From an uncultured Chthonomonadaceae bacterium (lineage in GTDB: Bacteria > Armatimonadota > Chthonomonadetes > Chthonomonadales > Chthonomonadaceae): a stretch of DNA of 64,000 nt. Below the pieces are notes generated by a model that worked only from the letters and a program-made list of their open reading frames with translations, made no database searches and had not been told where the DNA came from. Both the position numbers and the translations under genes were made by a program. The stretch covers positions 96,001 to 160,000 of the forward strand of contig CAWFQB010000001.1 in assembly GCA_963817895.1 (NCBI GenBank). The letters run 5' to 3'. How positions within the stretch are numbered: position 1 is the stretch's first letter; the number at the start of each line of letters is the position of its first letter. Shown here piece by piece: positions 1 through 11,659 of this stretch.

Positions 1-645
1 ATGCGATCCCGGTTTTACCACCCTGCCTATCATGTCTACTTTGCCGACATGCCCATCCAGAAAGAGCATGAAGTTTATGGGAGGCGTTATTGAGGAACCA
101 TGTCGGGGAGGATCGGCAAGCCCTGCCCTGCCGGACGCATGCGCATTGCGAATCATCAGGCGCGTATCGTAGCACAGCGCCGTGTCCGACTTCACCGGAA
201 ATACGCTCAACGGGTTGTTTGCCAGATTATCATTATAAGCGTAGCTGTAGGCCACGCTGCTGCTCTGTCGAACAAGGGTGCAATCGTAGTGCTTGAGCGC
301 GTTTAGCCCGCCCATAGGGCGCGTATACTGGACAGTGCAGTCTATCCACGCATCAGCGCGCGGCAGGCGTTCATCCCAATCGGCTGCGTACATCTGTATC
401 GCCACGCCTATCTCCTTCAAATTCACCGCGCAGGGTTTACTGCTGCCGCTGCGTGGATTTACGAAAACAGGGAAAAGGATGAGAGTGAAAACGACAAGGC
501 ACAGGGCGCATATCAGCATCTCGAACGGACGCGACAGTTTACGTTCCGGGCGGGTTCTGGTCAAGGCGTAGCGTTCACGTTTTAGCCACAAGCGCAGTCG
601 GTTTCGACGCGACAATTGTGAGTTGGGCAGAGGCAGATTGTTCAC
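1..645 (-). CDS. DUF1559/H-X9-DG-type prepilin-like protein, 3' end outside the window
   Basis: Not in the ORF track because it has no stop. Hand translation from GTG at 645 (RBS GGGAGG upstream) gives a TM segment LILFPVF, then CAVNLKEIGVAIQMYAADWDERLP, SYAYN and RH...NFMLFLDGHV. Confidence 0.75.
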   Translation of the reverse strand, partial: MNNLPLPNSQLSRRNRLRLWLKRERYALTRTRPERKLSRPFEMLICALCLVVFTLILFPVFVNPRSGSSKPCAVNLKEIGVAIQMYAADWDERLPRADAWIDCTVQYTRPMGGLNALKHYDCTLVRQSSSVAYSYAYNDNLANNPLSVFPVKSDTALCYDTRLMIRNAHASGRAGLADPPRHGSSITPPINFMLFLDGHVGKVDMIGRVVKPGSH

Positions 646-724
646 GGTATACCTCCCATACAGTCAGCGCAGCAATGAATGAATTGTTTCGAAGGCTGAA
701 AACCCCGTCTCAGTGGCGTTTCGT

Positions 725-748
725 GTAGGGACATAACATGTTATGTCC
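725..748 (+). repeat. GTAG-type REP-like palindrome
   Basis: GTAG + GGACATAAC-AT-GTTATGTCC; related copies at 61669-61692, 63484-63507 and 63559-63582. Confidence 0.65.
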
Positions 749-1464
749 TCTGCATCTACTTCACACTGAAAGTAATCGCAAAACCGCTCAAACTTGCGGT
801 TCCTGCCGCGCGCTTACGGGCGCAATCCTGCGCCTGTTTCGCATCGGTTGCATTGTCGCCGGGAGAAACGGACGTAGCGTGGCAATATTTCACATGCCCG
901 TCTGCCAGCGCGAAATTTGCGGCCCCATTGTGCCGCCCGATCTCCTCCTGTGGCGCGGCCAGCGGATACAGGGCGCAGCCTTCCGTGTTGCCGTAACCGC
1001 CCATGATTTCAGTCACATAACGCGCGCCTGCCGCCACTTCCGGTTCCATTACGCCATCCGTTGCCGCCAACACAGTTATGCCATTGCCCGCAGCCGAGTA
1101 AACGTTTTCCGCATTATGCTCGTCGGCATCTATCACATTCGCGCGGTTTCCCGATGTTTCCGCCAGCAGGTCAGTTATTTCCGGGTGGCTCACATCAGCC
1201 AGTTGCAGTTTTAGCGCTATGTTGCGGTTGTAGGCGTAGGAAATTGGATACAGGCCGTCAGTCGCCTTTCTATCTTCATCAGGACACCGAAACACCTGAG
1301 TGTTTTTTTCATAGGGATATAGCGGCCCCGCCCATCCCTGCCCCGCATGGAATTTTGCCTGTAGGGAAGTGTCTTTGATAACGGTAATTCCCACGCGATT
1401 GTTGCGCGCGCCAACCGGGAACGTTTCGTCATAATCCTGCACATATTGCAGAATACCGAGACTA

Positions 1465-2595
1465 ATGGACTAATCAGTTAAACATGGTACATAGCACTGG
1501 AAAGTTGTGCTGTTCCAGAAGCGAGCAAGGAAATTCTGCTGTCTTCAAGTAGGTTTCGAACTCTTCAGCTAAAACGGCAAGCGTCGCACATTGATGGTTG
1601 TGTCCGACCGCTTTTCTGGCGGCTTTCCAGACATGTTCCTGCGGGTTCAACTCCGGGCAACCGGGTGGAAACCACAGGACTTCCAAGCGCGGGTTCGCTT
1701 CCAGAACCGCGCGAACCGCTTCGCCTTTGTGCCAGGGAGCGCGATCCCATAACAGCAGAAGAGGTAAGTTCGGGTAGGCGTCGAGCAACTTCTGCAAGAA
1801 CAAGGCGGATACCTCGCTGTTCATCAAGGCGGAGCGCAACAGGGTTTCCTTGCCGGTTGCCATATTGAGTGCTCCGTAGAAGTGCGTGTTGTCCCGACTG
1901 GCACTTACGGGCACAACCGGCGTGTGGCCTTTCTTGGCCCACACGCGCATCAAGGTGGCTTGCAGGTACGCGCTGGCTTCGTCGCCCGCGAGTAAGATCG
2001 TCTTGGGCGCGTTTAACGCCACATCGAGGATTTTTTTTCCAGGTGTTCCTCGAATTCCATGAGCTTGGTCGCGTTGTGGCTCTTATATTGTTTCTCAGGA
2101 CGCTGGTAGCTCATCTCGCAGGTACGCAGCAGGGTGCGTAAGGAACGTCCGGCTCTGGTATACAACGTTGTAGTCACGGGCTAAGAGGGTGACAAGATCG
2201 GAGACACTCCAAAACTGCCCGTCCCCCTGACATTTCTCCTTGCCCAACAACTGAGTGGGAGTGTAGCGATGCAACTGGTTCTGCAAGGCTTCGAGTTGTT
2301 CGCCCGATAGACGCGCCCGGTTGCCGCCGCGTCGGGCATCCACGAGCGCGGTGAGGCCGTGTTCCTGATAGGCGCGTGTCCAGCAGAATAGGCGAGTACG
2401 GCTACACCCGCAGATGTCTTGGATTTCGGCAACAGAGTAGCCCAAGCCATACAGACGAACAGCTTGGTAGCGGCTTTTAGTGTTAGCATCCTTGCAATGC
2501 AGGTATGCAGCGTTCAATGCGTTGGCGTCGGCTTCATTGAGGTGAAAAGTTCGTTGGCTCATACCTCAGTGTACCATGTTTAACTGATTTGTCCA
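1465..2595 (-). mobile_element. IS630-family insertion sequence, about 1.13 kb
   Basis: 27-bp inverted repeats ATGGAC(T/A)AATCAGTTAAACATGGTACA at 1465-1491 and 2570-2596 with 1 mismatch; TA duplicated at 1463-1464 and 2596-2597. Confidence 0.95.
1474..2562 (-). CDS. IS630 transposase (HTH ORF plus DDE ORF joined by a probable -1 frameshift)
   Basis: HTH ORF 2095-2562; DDE ORF 1474-2022 with GDEA, WDRAPWH and PELNPQEHVW. A8 slippery run at 2031-2038; an additional 1-bp insertion near 2143. Confidence 0.9.
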
Positions 2596-2810
2596 TAATC
2601 TGTTTCTCATTGGACATGCAGGAAGCCATGTGGGAGCCACGCGATGACTGAAAGATAGGAGACAGGATTGCCACCAGCATCAGACTGACAGGAATACCTA
2701 CCAATCCTGCGCGAATGGGATAACTCAGGCGACGGAAGCCGCTGACATGCGGGCGCGTCAGGATAGACCAGATGGACTCTCTCCATCGCGAACCTCCTGT
2801 TGGAAACATC

Positions 2811-4264
2811 TCAGGCGGGCTTCCAATCGCGCATTTTCTGCGCTGCCGATTGCAACTGCGCATACGCGGGCGCGAGATCAAGATGGGGAAAGCGGTCGCG
2901 CCAGTGGGTTCCCTGTCGCGCATCGTAGCGAATTTCGCCGTCAATCATCGTCAGAATAACGTCAGACGCGCGGGCGGCGTATACGAGCGCGTTGTACGGG
3001 TTGTAGGCGGGCAGGCTATGCAGGTCGTTGAGCCGGACGGCGCATAGATCGGCGCGTTTACCCGGTTCCAGCGCGCCGATTTGTGATTCCAGTCCGAGCG
3101 CCCACGCCCCGCCGATTGTTGCCAGTTCAACCGCGTCCCGCGCCGACATTGCCTCGATCCGATGCCGCGCTCCCCGGTGCATCAGTACGGCGAAACGCAT
3201 CTCCTCAAACAGGTCCATCGTGTTGTTGCTCGCCACGCTGTCAGAGCCAAGCCCAATTTTCGATTGTGGATTGACGATTGACGATTGATTTTCATCTCGG
3301 CGGAAGTCGGCCAAGATGCCTAAGGGGGCGACGCCGTTGCCCAATTTGGCGTTGGATTTGGGGCAGTGCGCCCAGGCTGCGCCCCGTTCGCGGACGATTT
3401 GTCGATCTCCTGCCGATACCTGTACGCCGTGTACCAGGAGGGTATTCGCGTCAACGATTCCCAATTGGTCCAGATACGCGACTGTGCTGCTTTGGGGTGG
3501 AATCCAGTTGATTTCGGCGGCGCGCGAACATGTCCGCAATGCCGCCCGTACCCGAACGCAACAATTCCGCTTCCGCCTGCGATTCGGCTGCATGGATGCA
3601 CACGCGCAAACCCTCCTGCCGCGCCATTCGCGCCAGTTCGCGCATCAGGGCAGGTCGAACCGTATACGGCGCGTGGGGCGAAATGCCGACTTCCAGCAGG
3701 CTGTCTCCCGCTTCGGTTTGCAGGCGTTCCACTTTCGCTTTCAGTTCCGCGACGATCTCTTCCACCGTTCGCAGTTCGTCAATGCCGAACACCTCCTGAT
3801 AAATCCGCCCGCGCAACCCCAACGTTTTCGCGCCCCATAAGGCCGCGCCGCTGTCCGTGCAATCTCCTATGGTCGTGACGCCGCCTGCAACGGCTTCCGC
3901 CGCGCCCATGATGGCCGAGCGACTGCCAATCTTCCCATGTCAACGCCATTTTACGCATCGTCAGTTCGCGTATCCAGGTAAAAAACGGAATGTCTTCCAG
4001 CAGGCCGCGCATCACCGTATAATCCAGATGCGTATGCATGTTGACCAATCCGGGCATGAGAATGGCGTCGCCAAGATCAACAACCGCGTCGCCAGACAGG
4101 TTTGCCGCGGGAACAGGCCGCGCTTCCACAATGCGCCCGTCTTCTACGACGACCTCGCCGTTCTCAATCGGCAAACTGGAAACCGGCAGTATCCACCCCG
4201 CCCGCAAAACCGTTACCACAGTTACGTCCTTCCCGCAAAATATGCGGATTATTTTCGTTTCCAC
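2811..4264 (-). CDS. Metal-dependent amidohydrolase (MtaD/SAH deaminase-like), two frameshifts
   Basis: PGLVNMHTHL, SPHAPY, IHAAES, HCPKSNAKL, LGSDS and GKRAD are spread over three ORFs; breaks near 3915 and 3520. Confidence 0.85.
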
Positions 4265-4301
4265 CGCTCTCGTTTAGAACATTTATTTCGTTAAGGACGT
4301 C

Positions 4302-4348
4302 AAAAAAACCTCCCGGCTTCTCCCTCATGATGGGGAGGCAGCCGGGAG
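4302..4348 (-). terminator. Probable intrinsic terminator
   Basis: Stem CTCCCGGCT...AGCCGGGAG followed on the minus strand by a T7 tract, downstream of the DUF1559 gene. Confidence 0.6.
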
Positions 4349-4356
4349 CAAACAAA

Positions 4357-4471
4357 AGGATGAGGGATGAGGGATGAGGGATGAAAAGTATCTTGCGGAG
4401 GGCATCTGCTCAAACCGATAGGAATTACGAGCAGGCATTGTCTTCATCCCTCATCCCTCATCCCTTATCCC
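4357..4471. repeat. Inverted heptamer arrays (GGGATGA)4 ... (TCATCCC)4
   Basis: Arrays at 4357-4384 and 4444-4471 flank about 60 bp of unique sequence. Confidence 0.85.
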
Positions 4472-4496
4472 TTCCTCACAGCGGCTGCCGCCACAA

Positions 4497-5166
4497 CTAA
4501 TCCAACTGTTCGCGGGTCAGGCTTTTGGCGTGGCTGTCGGCGAACAGGGTGTTGTAGCGGAGGGCGCGGGGAAAGAGACTGCCGTGCCACGCGCCCGCGC
4601 CGTCGAAATACAGGTTCACTTCGGCGGGCCGCTGAATAGTCGCGTCCCCCGCGTTGCGAAACGCGATTTCCGTGCGGTAGTAGTAACTCGTGCCGAACTT
4701 CTTGTAACTGCTCGGATTGGCGTTGGGCGGAGTACCGCCCGGATCAATCGCAATGCAGGCAAAATCCTCGATATCGAACCCCGTATCCGCCGGACAATGA
4801 AAAATCTCTTTCGCTTTCACATACGGCGCTAAAGCTTCCTGTATTAAGGGCATGGTCTTGATTTGCGCCTGAAACGTCGGGCTGGCTGTTCCAGATTTGG
4901 GGCGTCCACTTGTCCGCCGGGTCCACCGCAAAGGGATACAGGCCGTCATAGTCCTGCGTATACAGGTTGTTGGCGACGCCGATTTGCCGCAGATTGGAAA
5001 CGCAGGTGATTTCCCGCGCTTTGCCCCGCGCCGTCAGGAAAACCGGGAACAGCAACGCGGCGAGAATTCCGATAATGGCAATGACGACGAGCAGTTCAAT
5101 GAGAGTGAAGGCGGTGTTCGGTATTCGGTGCTGGGTGTTGGGTACAGAGCGTTGAGTGGTAAGCAT
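4497..5166 (-). CDS. Prepilin-type N-terminal cleavage/methylation (DUF1559) protein, frameshifted
   Basis: [41 protein letters not shown]; frameshift near 4880; C-terminus HGS...[11 protein letters not shown]. The TAG at 4497 is followed in frame by LWRQPL-stop. Confidence 0.85.
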
Positions 5167-5400
5167 GAAGAACGTCCTCCTTCGCGCCGATGGGGTTTGC
5201 CGGGGATTGAAAATCCCCGGCACAAAACTGCCGTAAATTTGGTAACGCGCTCACAATGCAGAGTTGCGTAGGAATCAAGCGCGGATACGTCTAATATACC
5301 TTTATTGTACTGTTGTACGCGCGTTGAATCGGATAATGTGTCCAGACTCCGGTTCAATCCGCGCCGTTTCACAAATTTTCACATCGAGGACGATATTGCT

Positions 5401-7498
5401 ATGCACAAATACCCTTTTTCGCCCAATTCAGGCCGCTTCGCGTTGCGCTCGGTTCTGGTTCCCACAGCCCTGCTCATTTCCGCCCTGTCGCTGTCCACGC
5501 TGACGGTTTCCAAACCTTCCAATGCGGATGGCGCGGGCGACAATCAAGTTGACAACGTTCGGCGCATCCCGCAGGCGGGTGTCGAGGTTCCCCCGGCGGA
5601 TCGCGAAGAATTGCAAAAGGGCGTGGAAAGATTGGGCGCGGAAATCGAAGGACTGCAAAAGACTCTGGTCCCCGCGCAGCAGGATTTGCTGCCCGATGTG
5701 CAGATATACCACAACGCCGTTCGCTACGCCCTGACGTACAACGAGTTCTTCAGCCCCCGCGAGATACAAACCGCCAAAGCATTGTTGCAGCAGGGACTTG
5801 ACCGGGCGGCGCAATTGAAGGCCGGTAAGCCGGAATGGACAACCGCGACCGGCTTGATTGTTCGCGGCTACGTGTCGAACATTGACGGCTCGGTTCAGCC
5901 GTATGGCCTGATTGTGCCGGAAGGCTACAATGCAAAGGGCGCGGACAAGCGGCGATTGGACGTGTGGTATCATGGCCGGGGCGAAACCTTGAGCGAACTG
6001 AACTTCATCAATGACCGGCAGCGCAATAAGGGCGAGTTCACCCCGACCGGCGCGTTCGTGCTGCATCCCTACGGACGCTTTTGCAATGCCAACCGCTTTG
6101 CCGGAGAGATAGATACGTGGGAAGCGCTGGACGCAATCGGCAAGCACTACCGGATTGACGCCACTCGGCTGGTAGACCGGGGCTTTTCGATGGGCGGCGC
6201 GGCGGCATGGCTGTTTGCCACGCACTATCCGGGCGCGTGGGCGGCTGCCAATCCGGGCGCGGGCTTCTCCGAAACGGCGGATTTTTTGAAGTTGTCTCAG
6301 AATGAACCCACGCAGCCGGCATGGTATCAACAAAAATTGTGGCACTGGTACGACAGCACGGACTACGCCGCGAACCTGTTCAACTGTCCTGTCATCGCCT
6401 ACAGCGGCGAGATTGACGGGCAGCGGCAGGCGGCAACCCTGATGGTGAAAGCCGCAAGCGCGGAGGGGTTGTCCTTCAAGCACATCATCGGGCCGAAAGC
6501 GGGCCACTTTTACGAGGCAAACGCCAAAAAAGAGGTCGCCGGATTGGTAGACGAACTGGCGGCGCAGGGCAACGATGTCAATCCGCCGCGTATTCAGTTT
6601 GTCACATGGACGCTGCGTTACAACCGCTGCAAGTGGGCCCAGATTGACGGCATGGCGAAACACTGGGAGCAGGCGCGTATAGACGCTGACCGGACGGCAA
6701 CCGACAATTACCAGGTCAAAACGCGCAATATCACGGCCTTTTCCCTTGTGCTTCCCACGACCGCGCAGGAACAAACATCCCGCCGCGCTATCCACGTCGC
6801 CATTGACGGCGCGGCATCGCCGCTGACAGTGGAATTCAATCCCGGCGCGACCTCGACGGCGCATTTCTCTCAGGACGCCAAAACGGGCAAATGGGCGGTT
6901 GGGGAGATCAAAAGCAAAGCGTTGCGTAAACAGCATCTGCTGCAAGGCCCGATTGACGATGCGTTCATGGAGAGTTTTGTCATGGTCACGCCTTCGGGAA
7001 CGGGGCGCAATCCGAAAGTGGCCGATTGGGTGAAGCGGGAACAGGCCCACGCCATTGAACACTGGCGGCGGCAGTTCCGGGGCGAAGCGCGGGTGAAAGC
7101 GGATACCGCTATTTCCAATCAGGACATCGCCAACAGCAACCTGATTTTGTGGGGCGATCCGAGCAGCAACAAAATTCTGGCGCGGATTGCCGGCAAACTG
7201 CCCGATTAAATGGGACGCGCAAAACGTGAAGGTAGGCGCGACCACGTTCGCTGCCGATCATCACGCGCCTGTTCTGATTTATCCCAACCCGCTCAACCCG
7301 AAAAAGTACATCGTGCTGAACAGCGGCTTTACGTACCGCGAGTACGACTATCTGAACAATGCGCGTCAGACCGCCAAACTGCCCGATTACGCGGTTGTGG
7401 ACGTGGACGTTCCGGTTTCATCCCGCGCCCCCGGCGGCATCGTCAAAGCCGGTTTCTTTGATGACAAATGGGAATTGCAGGCCAACGACGGGCAGTAA
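5401..7498 (+). CDS. Secreted alpha/beta-hydrolase (esterase/prolyl oligopeptidase-like), frameshift near 7205
   Basis: Signal peptide, VWYHGRG and nucleophile elbow GFSMGG; continues in ORF 7187-7498. Confidence 0.8.
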
Positions 7499-7513
7499 TT
7501 TTGGTCTTGAATT

Positions 7514-8521
7514 ATGGATCAGGCTATGCCGGATACATTGCTTAACATCAGTCCGATTTTGACGCGGGAAGATATTGTGGCGCGCGAAGCGAAGCGCCGC
7601 AAACTCTTGCATCGTCTGGATGCGAGCCGCGCCACGGTTCGACTGGAAGCGATTGAGGAGTGTGAGCGCCTGTCGCCCGATGAGATAGGCACACTGCTGT
7701 TGCTTTCTGACCGGGCGGACGACTGGCGTTTTCCGAAATGGTTTCAGGGTATGGCCGATGTCGCCGTCGCAATGGTGGCGTCCATTTCGATTGTCGGCGC
7801 AGTTTATGGCCGGACGTTTCCCGAATACGCGCTGATGCCACACCTTAGTTTGTATCTTGGGACATGGGCGGCATTGGCGGCAGTCTGCGTTATCGTCCAT
7901 AGCGCGTATCAGAAGAACCGCTATTCCGTTCACGTACAGGAGAGTTTGCGGCAGGTGATCGCCACAAGCCAAAACCCGGATATTTTCCCCATTTTGATGC
8001 GGATGCTGCGAACTCCGACGCTGCGCTATCAGCGTGAATTTTCCAGTGATTCTGATGAGGCGTTGTATCAGGCCGCTGCTCACTGGCTGCTCCGGCTGCC
8101 AACAGAGCAAATCCGCGCTTACGCGGTTCGCCATGACTCCCTGTATCTGTTTCTGTCACCCGGTCGCGTAAGCGCCAATCCAGAAGTGGCCCTGCGCGTC
8201 CTTTACCTCCTGAAACAGATCGGCACTTCCAGCGCCATTCCGGTAGTCACGACATTAACGCGAACACTGCATAGAAACTACCAAACGATTCAGGTCGCCG
8301 CACAGGACTGCCTGACCGTCCTGCTGGAGCGCGAACGGCAAAGCCGCCAGCCGGAAATCCTATTGCGGGCATCCTGCGCGCCCCCTGTTCAGAGGGATAC
8401 CATGCTGCGCGCGGCCTCAGTTCCCCCGCCCGCGCCGGACACGCTGCTGCGCCCATTATTAGCGCAAACCGTTACCGCCGCGCCCGAACAATTGCTGCGC
8501 TCATCCACTATGCAGGAGTAA
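7514..8521 (+). CDS. Two-TM protein with helical (HEAT-like) region and repeated C-terminal LLR motifs
   Basis: 335-aa ORF with two hydrophobic segments, LKQIGTSSAIPVV and four LLR-type motifs. Confidence 0.65.
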   Translation: MDQAMPDTLLNISPILTREDIVAREAKRRKLLHRLDASRATVRLEAIEECERLSPDEIGTLLLLSDRADDWRFPKWFQGMADVAVAMVASISIVGAVYGRTFPEYALMPHLSLYLGTWAALAAVCVIVHSAYQKNRYSVHVQESLRQVIATSQNPDIFPILMRMLRTPTLRYQREFSSDSDEALYQAAAHWLLRLPTEQIRAYAVRHDSLYLFLSPGRVSANPEVALRVLYLLKQIGTSSAIPVVTTLTRTLHRNYQTIQVAAQDCLTVLLERERQSRQPEILLRASCAPPVQRDTMLRAASVPPPAPDTLLRPLLAQTVTAAPEQLLRSSTMQE

Positions 8522-8595
8522 TCTCCTCATATTCCGCGTATCAAGGGTAGTTCTAACAACCTAACAACTAACAACCTGAACTCAAGGAGTTTACA

Positions 8596-9018
8596 ATGGC
8601 AACCGAACGAACGTATATCATGATCAAGCCGGACGGCGTACAGCGGCAACTGGTGGGGGAAATCATCCGCCGCTTTGAAACGCGGGGATTGAAATTGCTC
8701 GGCCTGAAAATGCTGACGCCGACACGCGAAATGGGCGAAACGCACTACGCCGTACATCGGGAACGCCCGTTCTTCGGCGATCTGGTGAACTTCATCACAT
8801 CGGGGCCTGTAGTGGCAATGGTGTGGGAGGGCAGTGACGCCATCAAACTCAGCCGCAACATGATCGGCGCGACCAAGCCCGCTGAAGCGCTATCCGGCAC
8901 GATACGCGGCGACTTCACGACCGAACTGCAAACCAATCTCGTACACGGTTCCGACGCCCCCGAAGCCGCGCAGCAGGAAATCGCCCTCTGGTTCAAACCC
9001 GAAGAACTGTTGGACTGA
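8596..9018 (+). CDS. ndk: Nucleoside diphosphate kinase
   Basis: [37 protein letters not shown]. Confidence 0.98.
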   Translation: MATERTYIMIKPDGVQRQLVGEIIRRFETRGLKLLGLKMLTPTREMGETHYAVHRERPFFGDLVNFITSGPVVAMVWEGSDAIKLSRNMIGATKPAEALSGTIRGDFTTELQTNLVHGSDAPEAAQQEIALWFKPEELLD

Positions 9019-9306
9019 ATAATCTGGCCGTGTCCCTGTTGTGAGGAAATCGCGTGATGCCACCGCGTTGTTAAACGGGCTGCGCAAACTTGCGTTCTGT
9101 ACGGATGTTGCGCAGGCGGTTTATATTACAGTCCTGCTTGTGCTTCTAAGTAGCCAGCCGTTGAAAGTTCGTACTTTTTCAAGATGTAGAATCTACGAAC
9201 ATTGAGCGCGTGGCTACTTATAACTGCTGCGTGGCGGAAAACGATTGTTTGCCAAATTCCACGACTTTCAGTAACATGGCCTACTACATTGTCTTCAAGC
9301 GGGTGA

Positions 9307-9738
9307 TCATATCCGCGTCCATGCCCACCAAGTGTAATGGTACTCGCCCTGTTCCACATGATACCTCGCATTACACAAGCGGCACTGACACTGGTAAGCG
9401 CTGGACCACGTTTCCCTGTCAGAGATTGATTCAAGTATCGCAACATTCCCCGTTCGCTCTTCCTCAACGGGATTGAAAAGATCGTCGAGAGGGTAAAGGC
9501 CGCAAAGACAGCCGCTGCCGTTTTTAATAAACTCCAATTTACGGATTGCAAATTCCAGATGGCTAGAGTTTGGCCGTAATGCGCCGCCAAGAGGCACGTC
9601 ACTTGTACTCTGCCTGATTTCGTCAAGATGCGCCACCAAAAGCGCTAACTCCTGTGGATCGCGAAGCGTCCTGATGGCGCAGGCGCTTGCCCATATTTGT
9701 TGCGGGTCCTTTGAAGTGATATTTTCGAGTAGGGTCAT
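9307..9738 (-). CDS. Hypothetical protein with Cys pairs
   Basis: 143-aa ORF with CLC and CQCRLC motifs; no family recognised. Confidence 0.6.
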   Translation of the reverse strand: MTLLENITSKDPQQIWASACAIRTLRDPQELALLVAHLDEIRQSTSDVPLGGALRPNSSHLEFAIRKLEFIKNGSGCLCGLYPLDDLFNPVEEERTGNVAILESISDRETWSSAYQCQCRLCNARYHVEQGEYHYTWWAWTRI

Positions 9739-9923
9739 AATTCAACCGTTTCCTATGAAACTCCTCAAGTCGGGCCATGTGCGACTTCTACATAATTATC
9801 ACGTCGCGTCTCCTGTTATCCTGTTATACGGGGTTTATCTGATTTATTTTTGATGTGTCTTCACTTTAGAGGCAGGGGTTTCAGCTTCGGATACAGGAAT
9901 ACCGTTTTGGAGGAGTGGGAAAT

Positions 9924-11585
9924 ATGCGCGTCTTATGGACGATTGTACTGGGTCTGTGCCTGAGTGTTGGAACATATTCAGGAGTGGGAGCAGCGGAGTA
10001 TTATGTCAGCGCGGAGGGCAATGACGCGGAAACGGGAACTGCGTCGGGCAAGGCGTGGCAAACTCTTGCTCGCGCCGGAAAGCAGACGTTTCAAGCGGGC
10101 GACCGTTTGCTGCTGCATGGTGGGGATACGTTTGCGGGTAATCTGGAATTGCATGGGGCGGGAACGGAAGCCAAGCCGATTGCGCTTGCCTCGTATGGCA
10201 AAGGACGAGCCACCATTCAGGCAGGGAACGGAACCGGGCGTTCATATTCGTAACGCGGGCGGATGGAATATCAGCAATCTGATTATTGCGGGGGCGGGAC
10301 GGGAAAGCAATCGGGGCAGCGGGCTTGTGTTTCGCAACGAATTGCCGGGAAACAAGCGCCTGAACTTCATTCGCGTTGACCAATGTGGAAGCGTCCGGGT
10401 TCGGCAGGCATGGCATTTTAGTGGAGGGGGCCGCGTCCGACAAAAGCCAGAGCGGGTACGGCAATGTTCGTTTGCTTCATTGTGCCGCGCATGACAACGC
10501 TTATACGGGCATTTACGTGACCAGCGTGTTCGATGTCCACGCCACGCGCTACGCCCACGCGGATGTGACCGTTGACCACTGCTTCGCCTACGACAATCCC
10601 GGCGATCCTTACTTCACCCAAAACCATTCCGGCAGCGGTATCTTTCTGGAATTTGTGGATGGCGGCGTGATTGACCACTGCGTCGCGCATGATAACGGGG
10701 CATTGTGTCCGTGCAAATCGGGCGGGCCGGTCGGAATCTGGGCGGCGGCCTGCAACAACATTGTGATTGAGCATTGCGAGTCGCACCACAACCGAACCGG
10801 TGACCAGTCCCTTGACGGCGGCGGCTTCGATCTGGATGGCGGCGTCACCAATTCCATTCTGCAATACAACTATTCCCACGACAATGACGGCGCGGGCTAT
10901 CTCGTTTATACCTACCCGGACGCGCCCTATACCTGCCGCAACAACACCGTCCGCTATAACATCAGCCAGAACGACGGGCGCAAACACCACTACGGCGCGA
11001 TTTTCATCGGCGGCGACATACGCGACACCAACATTTACAACAACACGCTGTACGTCAGCCCCGCCGCCCAGTGCCGCTGTCACAAATTCTACTATGGGCG
11101 CGACGCCCTGCGCATTGATTTTGAGCGGCGGCAGAAACACGCGCTGCTTCAACAACATTATAATGACAACGGGCGGCGCGCCACTGGTGGAGAAAAGCAA
11201 GCCTGCCGATGTTCTGCTGCGCGGCAATGCGTACTGGAGCAGCGGCGACCGATTTCAACTGAAGTGGAACAGCGTTGTTTACGGCAGCCTGAACGCTTTT
11301 CAACTCGCCACGCGGCAGGAGGGCAAGCCCGCGCAGAATGGCGGCGGGGCGGTTGGCGTGGAAACCGACCCGCTTTTAACCAGACCGGGCGCGGCTCCTA
11401 CCCTCAACAATGCCGACAACCTGAATAAACTGGATGCTTACCGGCTGCTGCCCAAATCGCCTCTCATCAACGCTGGAGTTCATCTGCCCATCTATTACGG
11501 CATCCGCGTGGGCGAACAGGACTTTTTCGGCGACCATCTGCCCAACGGCAAAGAGTACGACATCGGCGCGCATGAGCGGAAATAG
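9924..11585 (+). CDS. Secreted right-handed beta-helix (pectin-lyase fold) protein, frameshifted
   Basis: Signal peptide, YYVSAEGND, GGFDLDGG, YNYSHDNDG, C-terminal DIGAHE; breaks near 10240, 10380 and 11070. Confidence 0.8.
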
Positions 11586-11659
11586 TCCACAGGTGTTCGG
11601 TGTTCAGGTATTCACAATCGTAACGGCTTCTGCAATCATCATGAACACTCGTTTCTATT

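Larger units (their letters stand above)
756..2807 (-). pseudogene. DUF1559/H-X9-DG prepilin-like gene interrupted by IS630
   Basis: The 5' part (...AILSPIFQSSRGSHMASCMSNEKQI) lies above 2597 and the 3' part (SLGILQYVQDYDETFP...RHNGAANFALADGHVK) below 1464. Removing the IS plus one TA restores the frame. The start is uncertain (about 2786-2807). Confidence 0.85.

Noticed and set aside
4476..4499. In-frame TAG followed by LWRQPL-stop as possible readthrough or pyrrolysine
   Set aside because: A single instance; other genes here end normally at TAG, so a point mutation or base error is more likely.
5428..7245. Long antisense ORFs (also 33774-34859, 39600-40928, 15212-16264, 44464-45531)
   Set aside because: Shadows of real high-GC genes on the opposite strand, with no protein motifs.
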